From Acidobacteriota bacterium (GTDB lineage Bacteria > Acidobacteriota > UBA890 > WLXD01), in contig CBDFKD010000002.1 of assembly GCA_965248695.1 (NCBI GenBank), positions 576,001-640,000 on the forward strand: a stretch of 64,000 bases of DNA, given 5' to 3'. Below the pieces are notes generated by a model. The model saw only the letters and a list, made by a program, of their open reading frames with translations, did no database searches and was not told the origin of the DNA. Made by a program: the position numbers and the translations under genes. Of this stretch, positions 40,166 through 50,121 are shown one piece after another (position 1 is the stretch's first letter; every line of letters begins with the position of its first letter).

Positions 40166-41212
40166 TTATGAGGGGCTGCGGACGTAGATCGTTACCGCGG
40201 GACCGAACAGCGCCACGAACGCCGGATTCTCGGCGGCGACCATGTCGATGATGTTCATGTCCGGCAGGAAGTTCAGCCGACGGCGAATCGGCACCGCTGC
40301 CTTGAGGCGTTTCTCGAGGTCGCTCTCCGCTTGACGCTGCTGGGCAGGCTGGCGCAGGCCACGGTAGATCACCATGAACGAAAACTGGCGGTGCGGATCA
40401 GTGGATCGGAGTCCGGCGCCGTACAGGTACAGCGCCTCGAGCCAGGCGAAGTCGTCCCAGGTACCGTCGAGGGTGGCCAACGAGACCGCCGCCTCCTGAA
40501 CGGTCATCTTGGTTATGCGGCGACGCCTGCGCTTGGGTGCGGTGGGAACTGCCTTCGCCGCATCCTCAGGCGGCGCAATAGCTGCCTTGGTGGCGTCTAC
40601 GTCCCGGTCGCCTGACGTCTTCTTCTTCGCCGCGACCTTCTTCTTCGCCGCGACCTTCTTCTTCGCCGCGACCTTCTTCTTCGCCGCGACCTTCTTCTTC
40701 GCTACCACCTTCTTCTTCGCTACCACCTTCTTCTTCGCTACCACCTTCTTCTTCGCTACCACCTTCTTCTTCGCTACCACCTTCTTCTTCGCTACGACCT
40801 TCTTCTTCGCTGCGACCTTCTTCTTCGCTACGACCTTCTTCTTCGCTGCGACCTTCTTCTTCGCTGCGACCTTCTTCTTCGCTACGACCTTCTTCTTCGC
40901 CGCGACCTTCTTCTTCGCTACCACCTTCTTCTTCGCGACAACCTTCTTCTTCGCCGCAACCTTCTTCTTCGCCGCGACCTTCTTCTTCGCTGCGACCTTC
41001 TTCTTCGCTACGACCTTCTTCTTCGCCGCAACCTTCTTCTTCGCCGCAACCTTCTTCTTCGCTGCGACCTTCTTCTTCGCCGCGACCTTCTTCTTCGCCG
41101 CGACCTTCTTCTTCGCCGCGACCTTGCTGCGCGCAGCAGGCTTCCTGGCGGCTGGAGTCTTGCGCGCCGCCCGGCTGGCTGTGGCTCTCTTCTTGGCCTT
41201 CTTCTTGGCCAT
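40166..41212 (-). CDS. Lys/Ala-rich histone-H1-like repeat protein with a C-terminal globular domain
   Basis: 28 x V(A/V)AKKK followed by ~150 aa of non-repetitive sequence; GAGAGG upstream of the ATG. Confidence 0.8.
   Translation of the reverse strand: MAKKKAKKRATASRAARKTPAARKPAARSKVAAKKKVAAKKKVAAKKKVAAKKKVAAKKKVAAKKKVVAKKKVAAKKKVAAKKKVAAKKKVVAKKKVVAKKKVAAKKKVVAKKKVAAKKKVAAKKKVVAKKKVAAKKKVVAKKKVVAKKKVVAKKKVVAKKKVVAKKKVVAKKKVAAKKKVAAKKKVAAKKKVAAKKKTSGDRDVDATKAAIAPPEDAAKAVPTAPKRRRRRITKMTVQEAAVSLATLDGTWDDFAWLEALYLYGAGLRSTDPHRQFSFMVIYRGLRQPAQQRQAESDLEKRLKAAVPIRRRLNFLPDMNIIDMVAAENPAFVALFGPAVTIYVRSPS
40619..41122 (-). repeat. 18-bp tandem coding repeat, 28 copies
   Basis: Plus-strand unit approximately GACCTTCTTCTTCGC(C/T)(G/A)C, with synonymous and Ala/Val variants. 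Confidence 0.95.
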
Positions 41213-41504
41213 CATCAACCTCTCAGCGCCCGGAAGCTCTGTGGCGACAAGCCGTGCCAGCTGGCCGCAACGACCCGGAGGCTCGGATACCCCTCGCAGA
41301 TGCCGAGGACCCGGTTTCGGGGGACTCAGGGTAAGTATCTTCGTTTTATATTCGTCTTGAGGCGAATACGGTACGAATAAAATCCCCTAGAAGACTCCCC
41401 AGAACCCCTTATGGACCGGATTCACGCCTCGCGTCAATGGGCCGGCACGGGGCCGGAGCATTCCGTCGACGGCGTTTCTCGGTCATACGAGCTACGCTGG
41501 CGGT

Positions 41505-42152
41505 GTGAGCCTGAGCGAGCGAATCGGGTTTTGGCGCCAGTTCCGCCGCCAATCGGTCCTCACGGGGGCCGTGACGCCGTCGTCCAGATACCTGGCGCGA
41601 GTCATGGTGCGGCCATTCCGACGCCAGCGACAGGCGGAGCGCGAAAAGGCTTTCCGGGTGGTCGAGATGGGGTCGGGAACCGGTGCCGTCACCTGTGAGA
41701 TCGCGCGTCTCCTGAGGCCCGGGGATGCCCTGGACTGCTATGAGATCGACGCCGGCTTCGCCCAGTATCTTAGGCAGCGAGTCGCCACCGACAGGCAATT
41801 CGAGGCGGCGCGTGACTCTATCCGCGTGCACGCGAGCCCGGCACAGACGGCCGAGGCGGAGGATCGCATCGACTTCGTCATCTGCAGCGTGCCGCTGAAC
41901 AACTTCGAGCCCGCCGGCGTGCAAGAGATCTTTGACGCCGGGGCGCAACTCCTGCACGGACGCGGCTGGTTCACGTACTTCGAGTACGTCGCACTGCCAT
42001 CGCTCAGGCGGTTGTTTGTGAGCGCAAAGGAAAGCGCGCGGATCGATGCGGTACGTCGCGCCAAGCGCGAGTACGACGCCGCCGGCGTGGAAACGCAGAT
42101 CGTCTGGGCCAACGTTCCGCCGGCGCGAGCGGTCCATCGACGCCTCGGGTAG
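41505..42152 (+). CDS. SAM-dependent methyltransferase (PmtA-like lipid N-methyltransferase type)
   Basis: TGAVTPSSRYLA, VVEMGSGTGAVT, CSVPL, VWANVPPARAV. Confidence 0.8.
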   Translation: MSLSERIGFWRQFRRQSVLTGAVTPSSRYLARVMVRPFRRQRQAEREKAFRVVEMGSGTGAVTCEIARLLRPGDALDCYEIDAGFAQYLRQRVATDRQFEAARDSIRVHASPAQTAEAEDRIDFVICSVPLNNFEPAGVQEIFDAGAQLLHGRGWFTYFEYVALPSLRRLFVSAKESARIDAVRRAKREYDAAGVETQIVWANVPPARAVHRRLG

Positions 42153-42173
42153 AGCGGGGCGCCCAGCTACAGG

Positions 42174-43292
42174 CTAGCCATCGGCCAGCGTCGCAAGAAA
42201 GACGTCCACATCACCGACCGTGTTCCAGAGGCCGGGTGCGACGCGCAATCCGCCTTCTCGCAGGCTGACGCCGACGCCGGCTTCGCGAAGCCGTTCGTGT
42301 GCCGTGCGCGTGATCTGCGCTGTCTCGCCGACGAGTCGCATGATCGTCGAGCGCTGCTCGTGAACCAGCGAGCTGGCGACACGAAAACCCGCCGGTAGCC
42401 CGGCTATCAATCGATCCAGGAGTGCCATCGCGTGGCCGTTGACAGCCTCGCTGCCGGTCTCGACCAGGAGCTCGAGCGACTCTGCCATCGCAGCGCCATG
42501 AATGAACGCCGCCGTTTCGGGGGTGTCGAACCGGATGGCACCCGGACGGTGTCGTGGCTCGAGGTCCAGCAGCCGGTTGAAATCGTCGGCACCGACGATC
42601 GTCGCCCAGTTGAACGTCGGCAGCCTGAGGCGATCGACCCATGCCGGGTGAACGTAGGTGAGTCCGGTTCCGTACGGCGACATCAACCACTTGTAGCCCG
42701 CCACCGCGACCACCGACGCGTTGCAACTCGACACGTCGAACGGAATGACGCCGACCGACTGCGAGGCGTCGATCACGAAGAGCGCACCATGCTCCTCGCA
42801 AACGGCGCCGATGGCCTCGAGGTCCAACCGGCGGCCGGTGGCGAAGTTCACGTGACCGACGCTCACGACCCGGGTGCGCGAGGAGACTGCCGTCAGCAGC
42901 TGATCGGGGTCGACCAACTCGACTTCGACGCCAAGCGACCGCAGCGCGCGCCAAGGAAGGTTGTTGGCAGGGAACTCGCCGGTGGGCAGAACAACATGGT
43001 CTCCCGGATTCCAGTCGAGCCCACAGGCGACGAGGCTGATGCCATGCGAGGCGCCGGTAGCCACGGCCACGTCCTCGGGGGCGCAGCCAAGCAGCACCGA
43101 TGCGGCGTCACGAATGCGATCAGGCAGCGCGAAATAGGCGCTGTCATCGAGTCCCGAGGGGTCGCGCTTCCAGTCCAGCGCGCGCTCCGCCGCAGCGATC
43201 GCGCGCCGCGGCATCGGGCCCTGGTTCGCCCCATCCAGGTAAACACGTCCACGAAGGTCGAAGGCGTGGCTGAGGTCGAGCGCCGCCGTCAA
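42174..43292 (-). CDS. Class V aminotransferase-like PLP enzyme
   Basis: YLDGANQGP, IDASQSVG, AGYKWLMSPYG, LRVAPGLWN; TTG start overlaps the LOG stop codon. Confidence 0.85.
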   Translation of the reverse strand: MTAALDLSHAFDLRGRVYLDGANQGPMPRRAIAAAERALDWKRDPSGLDDSAYFALPDRIRDAASVLLGCAPEDVAVATGASHGISLVACGLDWNPGDHVVLPTGEFPANNLPWRALRSLGVEVELVDPDQLLTAVSSRTRVVSVGHVNFATGRRLDLEAIGAVCEEHGALFVIDASQSVGVIPFDVSSCNASVVAVAGYKWLMSPYGTGLTYVHPAWVDRLRLPTFNWATIVGADDFNRLLDLEPRHRPGAIRFDTPETAAFIHGAAMAESLELLVETGSEAVNGHAMALLDRLIAGLPAGFRVASSLVHEQRSTIMRLVGETAQITRTAHERLREAGVGVSLREGGLRVAPGLWNTVGDVDVFLATLADG

Positions 43293-44149
43293 AGAGGCGA
43301 ATCCTCTGAGGCCGGATATGCCTCGTAGAAGCGATCGATCGCCGCCCAGGCTTCGGCGGCCGTGTCGGCCCAGCTGATCAAATCGAGATCCGCGGGGCTG
43401 ATCGTGCCCGCGGCGGCGAGCGCCTCCAGATTCACTACCTGCGACCACCAGGCCTGACCGAAAATGACTACCGGGATCCGCCGCATCTTGCCCGTCTGGA
43501 TGAGCGTCAGAGTCTCGAACAGCTCGTCGAGAGTTCCGAAGCCTCCCGGGAACGCCACCATCGCGCGAGCACGCAGCAGAAAGTGCATCTTGCGCATGGC
43601 GAAGTAGTGGAAGTTGAAGCACAGCTCCGGTGTGATGTACGGATTCGGGTGCTGCTCGTGCTCGATCTCTATGTTGAACGCCATCGTGGTCTGACCCGAC
43701 TCGCTGGCGCCGCGATTCGCCGCTTCCATGATTCCCGGTCCACCACCGGTTGTCACCACGAAGTCGTGCGGCGCACCTTCTCGCTGATACTTGGCCGCCA
43801 TCGACGCGAAGCGTCGAGCCTCCTCGTAGTAAGGGACCAGCTCGCCCAGGCTGAGCGCGTGAGCGTGCGCGGCGCGGGCGTCGAGATCCTCGGGAGCGGC
43901 ATCGAGCGCCTCCTGGGTGCGGGACCGAGCTTCTTCGGCAGCCTCAGGAGAAGGAATCCGTGCGCTGCCGAAGACCACGATCGTCGATTGGATGTCCATC
44001 TCCAGCTGCATCAGCTGCGGCTTGGCGTATTCCAAGGCCAAACGGAAGCTGCGCACCTGCGGACGACCGAGGAAGTCGGGATCCTGGAAAGCCAGCCGGT
44101 GACTCGGCAAGTCGCACAACGGGGCCGACGGATCGCTGTCGTCGCTCAT
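43289..44149 (-). CDS. LOG family nucleotide monophosphate nucleosidase (TIGR00730-like)
   Basis: VVFGSAR, TGGGPGIMEAANRGA, FAMRK, PGGFGTLDE. Confidence 0.92.
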   Translation of the reverse strand: MSDDSDPSAPLCDLPSHRLAFQDPDFLGRPQVRSFRLALEYAKPQLMQLEMDIQSTIVVFGSARIPSPEAAEEARSRTQEALDAAPEDLDARAAHAHALSLGELVPYYEEARRFASMAAKYQREGAPHDFVVTTGGGPGIMEAANRGASESGQTTMAFNIEIEHEQHPNPYITPELCFNFHYFAMRKMHFLLRARAMVAFPGGFGTLDELFETLTLIQTGKMRRIPVVIFGQAWWSQVVNLEALAAAGTISPADLDLISWADTAAEAWAAIDRFYEAYPASEDSPL

Positions 44150-44218
44150 CACATGAGCATACTCGCCACCCTGGCAGGCCGTGGTGAAAGTGTGGTGCCG
44201 GGGCGCTCTGTTACTGAC

Positions 44219-45874
44219 TCAGAGAGACTTCCCTAGCGAGTCGACCACAACCTCGAGCGACTCCGCTGCCGGTGCGCGCAGGTGCACTCGCGCCACCGGG
44301 CGTTGCCGTTCGCGCAACGCCCCGACGTCGCCACCGGCCTGGGCCAGCGCCAGCGTGCCGAACGTGTAGGGGCGGCCCGGGATCCCCAGATCCTCGGGAT
44401 CGTCGGCCGTAAACACCACGTAGACGCCCGTTGGCGGGCCGCCCTTGTGCAGCTGACCGGTCGAATGCAAATAGCCCGGCCCCCATCCGAGCGTGGTCAC
44501 TACGCTCAGCTGCGCGGTGATCAACGCTCGGATCTCGTCGAGCCGAGACTTGATTCGCTCCGTGTCGGGTAGGAACGCCAGCAGGGCGCAGTATCCGCTC
44601 GGGACCTCCGCGCAGTGCCGCGCCAGCCAAGGCCCGAGTGCGGCCGCGTCGCCCGGATCGGCGGCCGACTCGGGCGAGACCGTCAGACACGGCTGCTCCT
44701 CGTCGAAGCTCGACGAGGGCACCGGGGCGCCTGCCCCGTCCTGGGAGGCCTTGAGCAGGCGCCGGGTGCGCGCCTTCGAGGCCGCGACGTCTGGCTCGTC
44801 GAACGGGTTGATCCCCATCAGCGCGCCGGCGGCGGCAACCGCGACCTCCCAGCGCAAGAACTCGGCGCCGAGGTCAGCGGGATCCGATAGCGTGTAGCGA
44901 ACGACCGGATGCCCGGCCGAAGCCAACTCCTCGCCGGCGCTCCCACTTTCGGCGGCGTCCACCTCGTCGATGCCCTCGAGGATGACGAACACCCGGTCAG
45001 CTCGGTACGCGGCAGTGGGTGGAGGCTCGTGCGTGACCGGCACCAGGCCCTTGCCCTCCTTGCCGGTGGACTCGGCGACGAGCTGTTCGACCCAGTCGGC
45101 GAAGCCAGCCAATCGTGGCGATGCGAGAACCGTCAGCTTGTCGCGCCCGGCGGCGGCGGCCTCCGCCAACAGAATCCCGAGTCTGACGGACCCGTCGGCA
45201 GTCGAACGTCGCCGTGATTCTGCGTCCAACGCTGCGTCCACCAGTGCGGAGACCGGAACCCCGGCAAGCGCGGCGGGCAAGAGACCGAAGTACGAGAGGG
45301 CCGAGAACCTGCCGCCGACATCGGCGCGATTGCACCACACCCGACCACCGAGTTGCTCGACTCGCGCCTCCAATTCACTGCCGGCGTCGGTGATCGCAAG
45401 TAGCTCAATGCTCGCCCCCGACCGTTTCGAAGTGCCCAGGAACCAGTCCGCGAGAGCGGCTGTTTCGACCGTTGTGCCCGACTTGCTGGCCACGATGATG
45501 ACTGCGCCCTCGAGATCGACGGAGCGCGCCAAGTGCACGAGGACAGCCGGCACCGTGGAGTCGACCACCCGGAGGCGATCGGCGCCAAAGACGTTCGCGC
45601 ACGCCCTCGCCGCCAGGCTGCTACCGCCCATACCGATCAGCAGAACCGTGCCGTCGTGTGCCATCGGCCAGACGACTTCACGCATGTTGGTGGGAAGCTG
45701 GAGCCACCCGAGGCGGGCGCCCACGGATTCTCGGTCAGCGTCCCCATGGGCCCACAGGTCCGGGTCGCCGGCGCACAGTCTGGCGCCGAATCCTTCGCGA
45801 TCAAGCCGCGCGGCCCGCGCGTCAACGGCCGCAAGGAGTGTTGCCGGAAGGTGTTCCTGCTCAGCCGTCGACAT
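44219..45874 (-). CDS. pgi: Glucose-6-phosphate isomerase (resembles the Pgi half of Tal-Pgi)
   Basis: RLGWL, GMGGSSL, SKSGTTVET, VGGRFSALS, EQLVAESTGK, NPFDEPDV, HSTGQLHKGG. Confidence 0.85.
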   Translation of the reverse strand: MSTAEQEHLPATLLAAVDARAARLDREGFGARLCAGDPDLWAHGDADRESVGARLGWLQLPTNMREVVWPMAHDGTVLLIGMGGSSLAARACANVFGADRLRVVDSTVPAVLVHLARSVDLEGAVIIVASKSGTTVETAALADWFLGTSKRSGASIELLAITDAGSELEARVEQLGGRVWCNRADVGGRFSALSYFGLLPAALAGVPVSALVDAALDAESRRRSTADGSVRLGILLAEAAAAGRDKLTVLASPRLAGFADWVEQLVAESTGKEGKGLVPVTHEPPPTAAYRADRVFVILEGIDEVDAAESGSAGEELASAGHPVVRYTLSDPADLGAEFLRWEVAVAAAGALMGINPFDEPDVAASKARTRRLLKASQDGAGAPVPSSSFDEEQPCLTVSPESAADPGDAAALGPWLARHCAEVPSGYCALLAFLPDTERIKSRLDEIRALITAQLSVVTTLGWGPGYLHSTGQLHKGGPPTGVYVVFTADDPEDLGIPGRPYTFGTLALAQAGGDVGALRERQRPVARVHLRAPAAESLEVVVDSLGKSL

Positions 45875-46430
45875 TTCCGGCGGACAGCGCCGTAGCTCGC
45901 TGTTGCTTGCGCCGGCGCGCTTCGAAGGCTTCCTCCAGTTCCTCGATCTTCTGCAACAGGCGCCGATGGCGATCTTCGCCGGAGAACTCGTTCGCGACCC
46001 AGGCGCGCACGATCTCGGAGGCGAGCTCCGGACCCAGCACTCGCGCCCCAAGGCACAGCAGGTTGGCGTCGGCGATCTGGCGCGCCTGGCGCGCGCTCAC
46101 CGCGTTGGCACAGTGCGCTGCCCGGATGCCCGGGATCTTGTTCGCCGCGATGCTCGCCGCCGCGCCGGAGCCGCAGACGATAACGGCGAGATCAGCGTCG
46201 CCCGAGAGCAACGCCTGCGCAACAATCGTAACGATGTCGGCGATATCCGCCGCCTCGCCGAGCCCGCCGCCGTGCACCCCGTGATCCTTTGCCGCGTGGC
46301 GCTCTTCTCGCAGCTCCGCCACCAGCTTTTCCTTCAGCTGATGCCCCTCGTGATCCGCTCCTAGGGCCACCCGACGAGATGTGCTCGCCACATCCTTGAC
46401 CGGCGCGTGTTGGTTGGTGGCTACCGCCAT
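45861..46430 (-). CDS. rpiB: Ribose-5-phosphate isomerase B
   Basis: ADHEG, CGSG..IAANKIPGIRAA, ANLLCLGARV, RHRRL. Confidence 0.85.
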   Translation of the reverse strand: MAVATNQHAPVKDVASTSRRVALGADHEGHQLKEKLVAELREERHAAKDHGVHGGGLGEAADIADIVTIVAQALLSGDADLAVIVCGSGAAASIAANKIPGIRAAHCANAVSARQARQIADANLLCLGARVLGPELASEIVRAWVANEFSGEDRHRRLLQKIEELEEAFEARRRKQQRATALSAGNVDG

Positions 46431-46445
46431 TGTCCCGTTCCGTCG

Positions 46446-48473
46446 TCAGTGCTGTTGGAGCAAGGCACGTGCACTGGCCTCGACGTGATCCTCGGTGAAC
46501 CCGAACTTCTTCATGTTTACCGGCGACGGTGCCGACGCACCGAAACGGTCGATGCCGATGACGCAGCCCCGCGGACCGGCGTAGCGACTCCAACCGAACG
46601 TCGTGCCGGCCTCCACCACAAGACGGTTTTCCACGCTCGGCGGCAATACCGCATCACGGTATTCGGTTTCCTGTCGCTCGAACAGCTCCCACGAGGGCAT
46701 GCTCACGACGCGAGCAGCGATTCCGTCTTCAGTCAGACGGCCGTGGGCCGCCGCCACCAGCTGCAGCTCGGAGCCGCTCGCAATGAGAATGATCTGCGGC
46801 TCTTCGCCATCGCGTGCATCCGCAAAGACGTAGGCACCACGCCGAGCAGCGCTCGGCGCGGCATCGGATACCAGCACCGGCAGCTTCTGGCGCGTCAGCG
46901 CAATTGCAACCGGACCGTTCTCTTCAATGGCAGCAGCCCACGCCTCACGAGTCTCGTTGGCATCTCCTGGTCGAATCACCACCAGGCCGGGCATCGCACG
47001 CAGTGATGCGAGCTGTTCGATCGGCTGATGCGTGGGCCCATCCTCACCGACACCGATGCTGTCGTGGGTGTAAACGTAGATCGTCGGCAACCGCATGAGC
47101 GCCGCCAGACGGACGGACGGACGCATGTAGTCGGAGAAAATGAGAAACGTGCCGCCGTACGGCCTGAGGCCACGGTGCAGCGCCATACCGTTCATCATCG
47201 CGCCCATGGCGTGCTCGCGAACGCCGAATCTCAAGTTTCGTCCAGCGTAGTCACTGCGACTCAGGTCATCGTGGCCGTCCAGCAGGGTCTTGTTGGAGCC
47301 GGCCAAGTCCGCCGAGCCACCAATCAGCTCGGGCACAACGGCGGCGAGCGCGTTGAGCACTTTCCCCGATGCGGCGCGAGTTGCCATCGGCCCGTCGCCG
47401 GGGCCGAAGGGCGGCAATTCGGCCTCCCAATGGGCTGGCAGGTCACCGGCAGTCCGGCGTGTGAGCTCGGCGGCGAGCGCAGGGTGCGCGTGCGCATAGC
47501 GATCCATTTCCTGACGCCATGCCCCCTCCTGTGCCTCGCCCTCGTCAACCGCCCGCTGCAGATGGGCTCGCACCTCATCCGGAACGTGGAAGTCAGGATC
47601 TGCCTGCCAGCCGAGCTGGCGCTTGGTGAGCGCCAACTCGTCGACGCCCAGAGGCTCGCCGTGTGCCTTCGACGTGTTCTCCCGGTTCGGACTGCCATAG
47701 CCGATACGCGTCCGGATGGCGATCAGGGATGGCTGGCCCTCGACCGCCTTGGCGGCATGGATCGCGGCATCGATGGCATCCAGATCGTTGCCGTCCGGTA
47801 CGGACTGTGTGTGCCAACCACACGCCGCGTAGCGCGCCGGGACATCTTCGGAAAACGCCAGCGCCGTCTCGCCCTCGATGGTGATCTGATTGTCGTCGTA
47901 CAGAACGACGAGCTTGCCGAGACCAAGGTGCCCGGCGAGCGATGCCGCTTCGGCCTGCACGCCCTCCATCATGTCGCCGTCGCTGGCCATCACGAACGTG
48001 TGATGGTCGACCGGCCGATGCTCGTCACGGTTGAACTCGGCGGCCAGTCGAGCCTCGGCCAGGGCCATGCCGACGGCGTTGCCGAATCCCTGTCCGAGAG
48101 GCCCGGTGGTTGTCTCGACGCCGGGGGTTTCGCCGTACTCCGGATGTCCCGGCGTGGCGCTACCCCACTGGCGGAATTGCTTGAGGTCCTCGATAGACAG
48201 TTCGTAGCCAGTGAGATGCAGCAACGAGTACAGCAGCATCGAGGCGTGCCCCGCCGAGAGCACGAAGCGGTCTCGGTCAGGCCAATCCGGGTTGCGCGGG
48301 TTGTGTTTCAGGTGCCGGGTCCACAACACGTATGCCATCGGCGCGGCGCCCATCGGCATACCGGGATGCCCGGATTCGGCACGTTGGACTGCCTCGGCGG
48401 ACAGCAGTCGGATCGTGTTGACAGCGAGCATGTCGACCGAGGTGGCGATCGAAGCAGGCTGGGTCGTTGGCAT
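46446..48473 (-). CDS. tkt: Transketolase
   Basis: [55 protein letters not shown]. Confidence 0.97.
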   Translation of the reverse strand: MPTTQPASIATSVDMLAVNTIRLLSAEAVQRAESGHPGMPMGAAPMAYVLWTRHLKHNPRNPDWPDRDRFVLSAGHASMLLYSLLHLTGYELSIEDLKQFRQWGSATPGHPEYGETPGVETTTGPLGQGFGNAVGMALAEARLAAEFNRDEHRPVDHHTFVMASDGDMMEGVQAEAASLAGHLGLGKLVVLYDDNQITIEGETALAFSEDVPARYAACGWHTQSVPDGNDLDAIDAAIHAAKAVEGQPSLIAIRTRIGYGSPNRENTSKAHGEPLGVDELALTKRQLGWQADPDFHVPDEVRAHLQRAVDEGEAQEGAWRQEMDRYAHAHPALAAELTRRTAGDLPAHWEAELPPFGPGDGPMATRAASGKVLNALAAVVPELIGGSADLAGSNKTLLDGHDDLSRSDYAGRNLRFGVREHAMGAMMNGMALHRGLRPYGGTFLIFSDYMRPSVRLAALMRLPTIYVYTHDSIGVGEDGPTHQPIEQLASLRAMPGLVVIRPGDANETREAWAAAIEENGPVAIALTRQKLPVLVSDAAPSAARRGAYVFADARDGEEPQIILIASGSELQLVAAAHGRLTEDGIAARVVSMPSWELFERQETEYRDAVLPPSVENRLVVEAGTTFGWSRYAGPRGCVIGIDRFGASAPSPVNMKKFGFTEDHVEASARALLQQH

Positions 48474-48711
48474 GCCTTTTCCCCCCGGAGACTAGCTAGA
48501 CACGAAGCTATCGCAGCAGGCCCGAAGCCGCGCCGCCGCATTCCGTCGCGCGATGTTACTCGGGCAGCAGCGGCCACAGTGTAGCAGCAGGAAGCCAGGG
48601 CACCGATTGCGCGGCCCGGTCGCCAACGAGGCGCAAGAAACGCCTTCGTAACCGCGGGCCCGCTTGCTACGATCTAGTGGATTGAGCGAGAACCCTCTGA
48701 GCCTGGTGCCA

Positions 48712-50121
48712 ATGTCACGTCTTCCGTCAGCAATCGTCATCGTGACGTTGTGCGCCTGCGCCTGCGCCGCGCCGCCGGTGCCGTTCTCTTTGCGTTTCAC
48801 GGTGTTCCCCACCGCGGAGGGAGCGGACGTGATCGTCGAAGTACACGGCGGGCGCGATGATCTCGCCTGGGTCGGGTTCGCCGCGGGACCAGGCGCACCG
48901 GCCAATCTACCCGAGCGCGTTCACTCCGTGCAGGCCCGCACCCTCGATGGTCGACGGCTGCCGCAGCGCCGTCACGGAACCGACGGGTATCAGGTCGAGC
49001 TGGAAGACTCGAGGTGGCAACTCAGCTACAGCCTCGACCTGCGACCGCGCTCCGGCGATGACATCTTCTATCGCTCGAGCGTGCGCGAGGACGACTATCT
49101 CATTCTCGTCGGATCGGACGCCTGGGCGCGCTTCTATACTAGCCCGGACGCGCTGGCGACGAGCCCGAACGAGAGACCCGGCGGTGTGGTCCTGGAAGCG
49201 CAAGCGGCGTTCAATCTGCCCGATCGGCCGGCTCAGTGGAAGGTTGCAACGACTGCCCGGACGCGCAACCCACGGACCTTCGAGCTCACCGAGCACCCGA
49301 CCGCCAGTGTCTTCGCGCTCGGTCCTTTCGAGATCCGGGACGTCGTTGAAGTGCCGGGGCTAACGGTCGCGATACACCCTCGATGGGGCGTCCTCAGCGA
49401 TTCGATCGAGACGCTGACCGGTACGCTGTTGCAGTCACATCGGGCCCACCTGGGACCGCCGGGTAGCACCACGGCACTGGCGTTGATGAGTCCGTTGCCG
49501 CAGTCACTCGGCCCCACTGGCGGGCTGCGAACCGCCGGCATGGTGCGTAGCCGGTCGTTGATTCTCTACGCCGGAACCAGCCCCCGTATCCAGCCCGACG
49601 AACCCCAACTGCGCGAGTCCATGGCCGTCTTCTTAGGACATGAGCTCTTTCATCTCTGGGTGCCGTCCGGCGTCCAGGTAACGCGCGAGCTGTCATGGCT
49701 ATCAGAAGGCTGGGCGATGCACATGGGGCGCCTGGCGGCGATCGACGTTGGCTGGCTCAGCGAGCAGGCGAGCGTTGAGCGGCTCCAAGATGCCTACCGG
49801 CGCTATCTCGACATCGGCGGCTATAGAGCCGGCAGCCTGCCCGAGGCGAGCATGGGAAGCGAGAGCCGACGCGACCTTCTGTATCTCCGCGGTGAGCTGG
49901 TGTTCCGTCTGCTGGAACGACAATGGGCATTGACCAACACCGGCAACTTCGAGGCCGAGCTCTGGCGCGCCCTGGCCAAGGCATACGATGGCCGCGTGCC
50001 GCTCGACGCCGAGCGCGTCCGATCGGCACTCGCGTCGTTGGTCGACCGCGGCACCGTCCGTCGATACGTCGAGGGCACCTCGCCGCTAACGCCCTCGGCG
50101 CTGGGTTTGCGCCGACGGTGA
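48712..50121 (+). CDS. Secreted or lipoprotein gluzincin metallopeptidase (M61/M1-like)
   Basis: GHELFHLW..WLSEG, LYLRG; Cys-containing signal peptide. Confidence 0.7.
   Translation: MSRLPSAIVIVTLCACACAAPPVPFSLRFTVFPTAEGADVIVEVHGGRDDLAWVGFAAGPGAPANLPERVHSVQARTLDGRRLPQRRHGTDGYQVELEDSRWQLSYSLDLRPRSGDDIFYRSSVREDDYLILVGSDAWARFYTSPDALATSPNERPGGVVLEAQAAFNLPDRPAQWKVATTARTRNPRTFELTEHPTASVFALGPFEIRDVVEVPGLTVAIHPRWGVLSDSIETLTGTLLQSHRAHLGPPGSTTALALMSPLPQSLGPTGGLRTAGMVRSRSLILYAGTSPRIQPDEPQLRESMAVFLGHELFHLWVPSGVQVTRELSWLSEGWAMHMGRLAAIDVGWLSEQASVERLQDAYRRYLDIGGYRAGSLPEASMGSESRRDLLYLRGELVFRLLERQWALTNTGNFEAELWRALAKAYDGRVPLDAERVRSALASLVDRGTVRRYVEGTSPLTPSALGLRRR

Noticed and set aside
40619-41122. Possible CRISPR array
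   Set aside because: Contiguous in-frame coding repeats with no unique spacers and no cas genes.
40509-41360. Phe-rich FFFAAT repeat ORF (likewise 60476-60841, 60435-61031, 60074-61138)
   Set aside because: Antisense or alternate-frame shadows of the Lys-rich genes, which have the ribosome-binding sites (and, at 60.4 kb, the terminator).
42174-43622. N-terminal extensions in the ORF track (also pgi to 46051, CoxM-like to 16113, SCO-like from 49923)
   Set aside because: They overlap neighbouring genes; downstream starts with ribosome-binding sites or stop-start coupling fit better.
47028-48584. Long antisense ORFs (also 16241-17698, 12574-13782, 44970-46364)
   Set aside because: Expected in high-GC DNA opposite well-conserved genes; no recognisable motifs.
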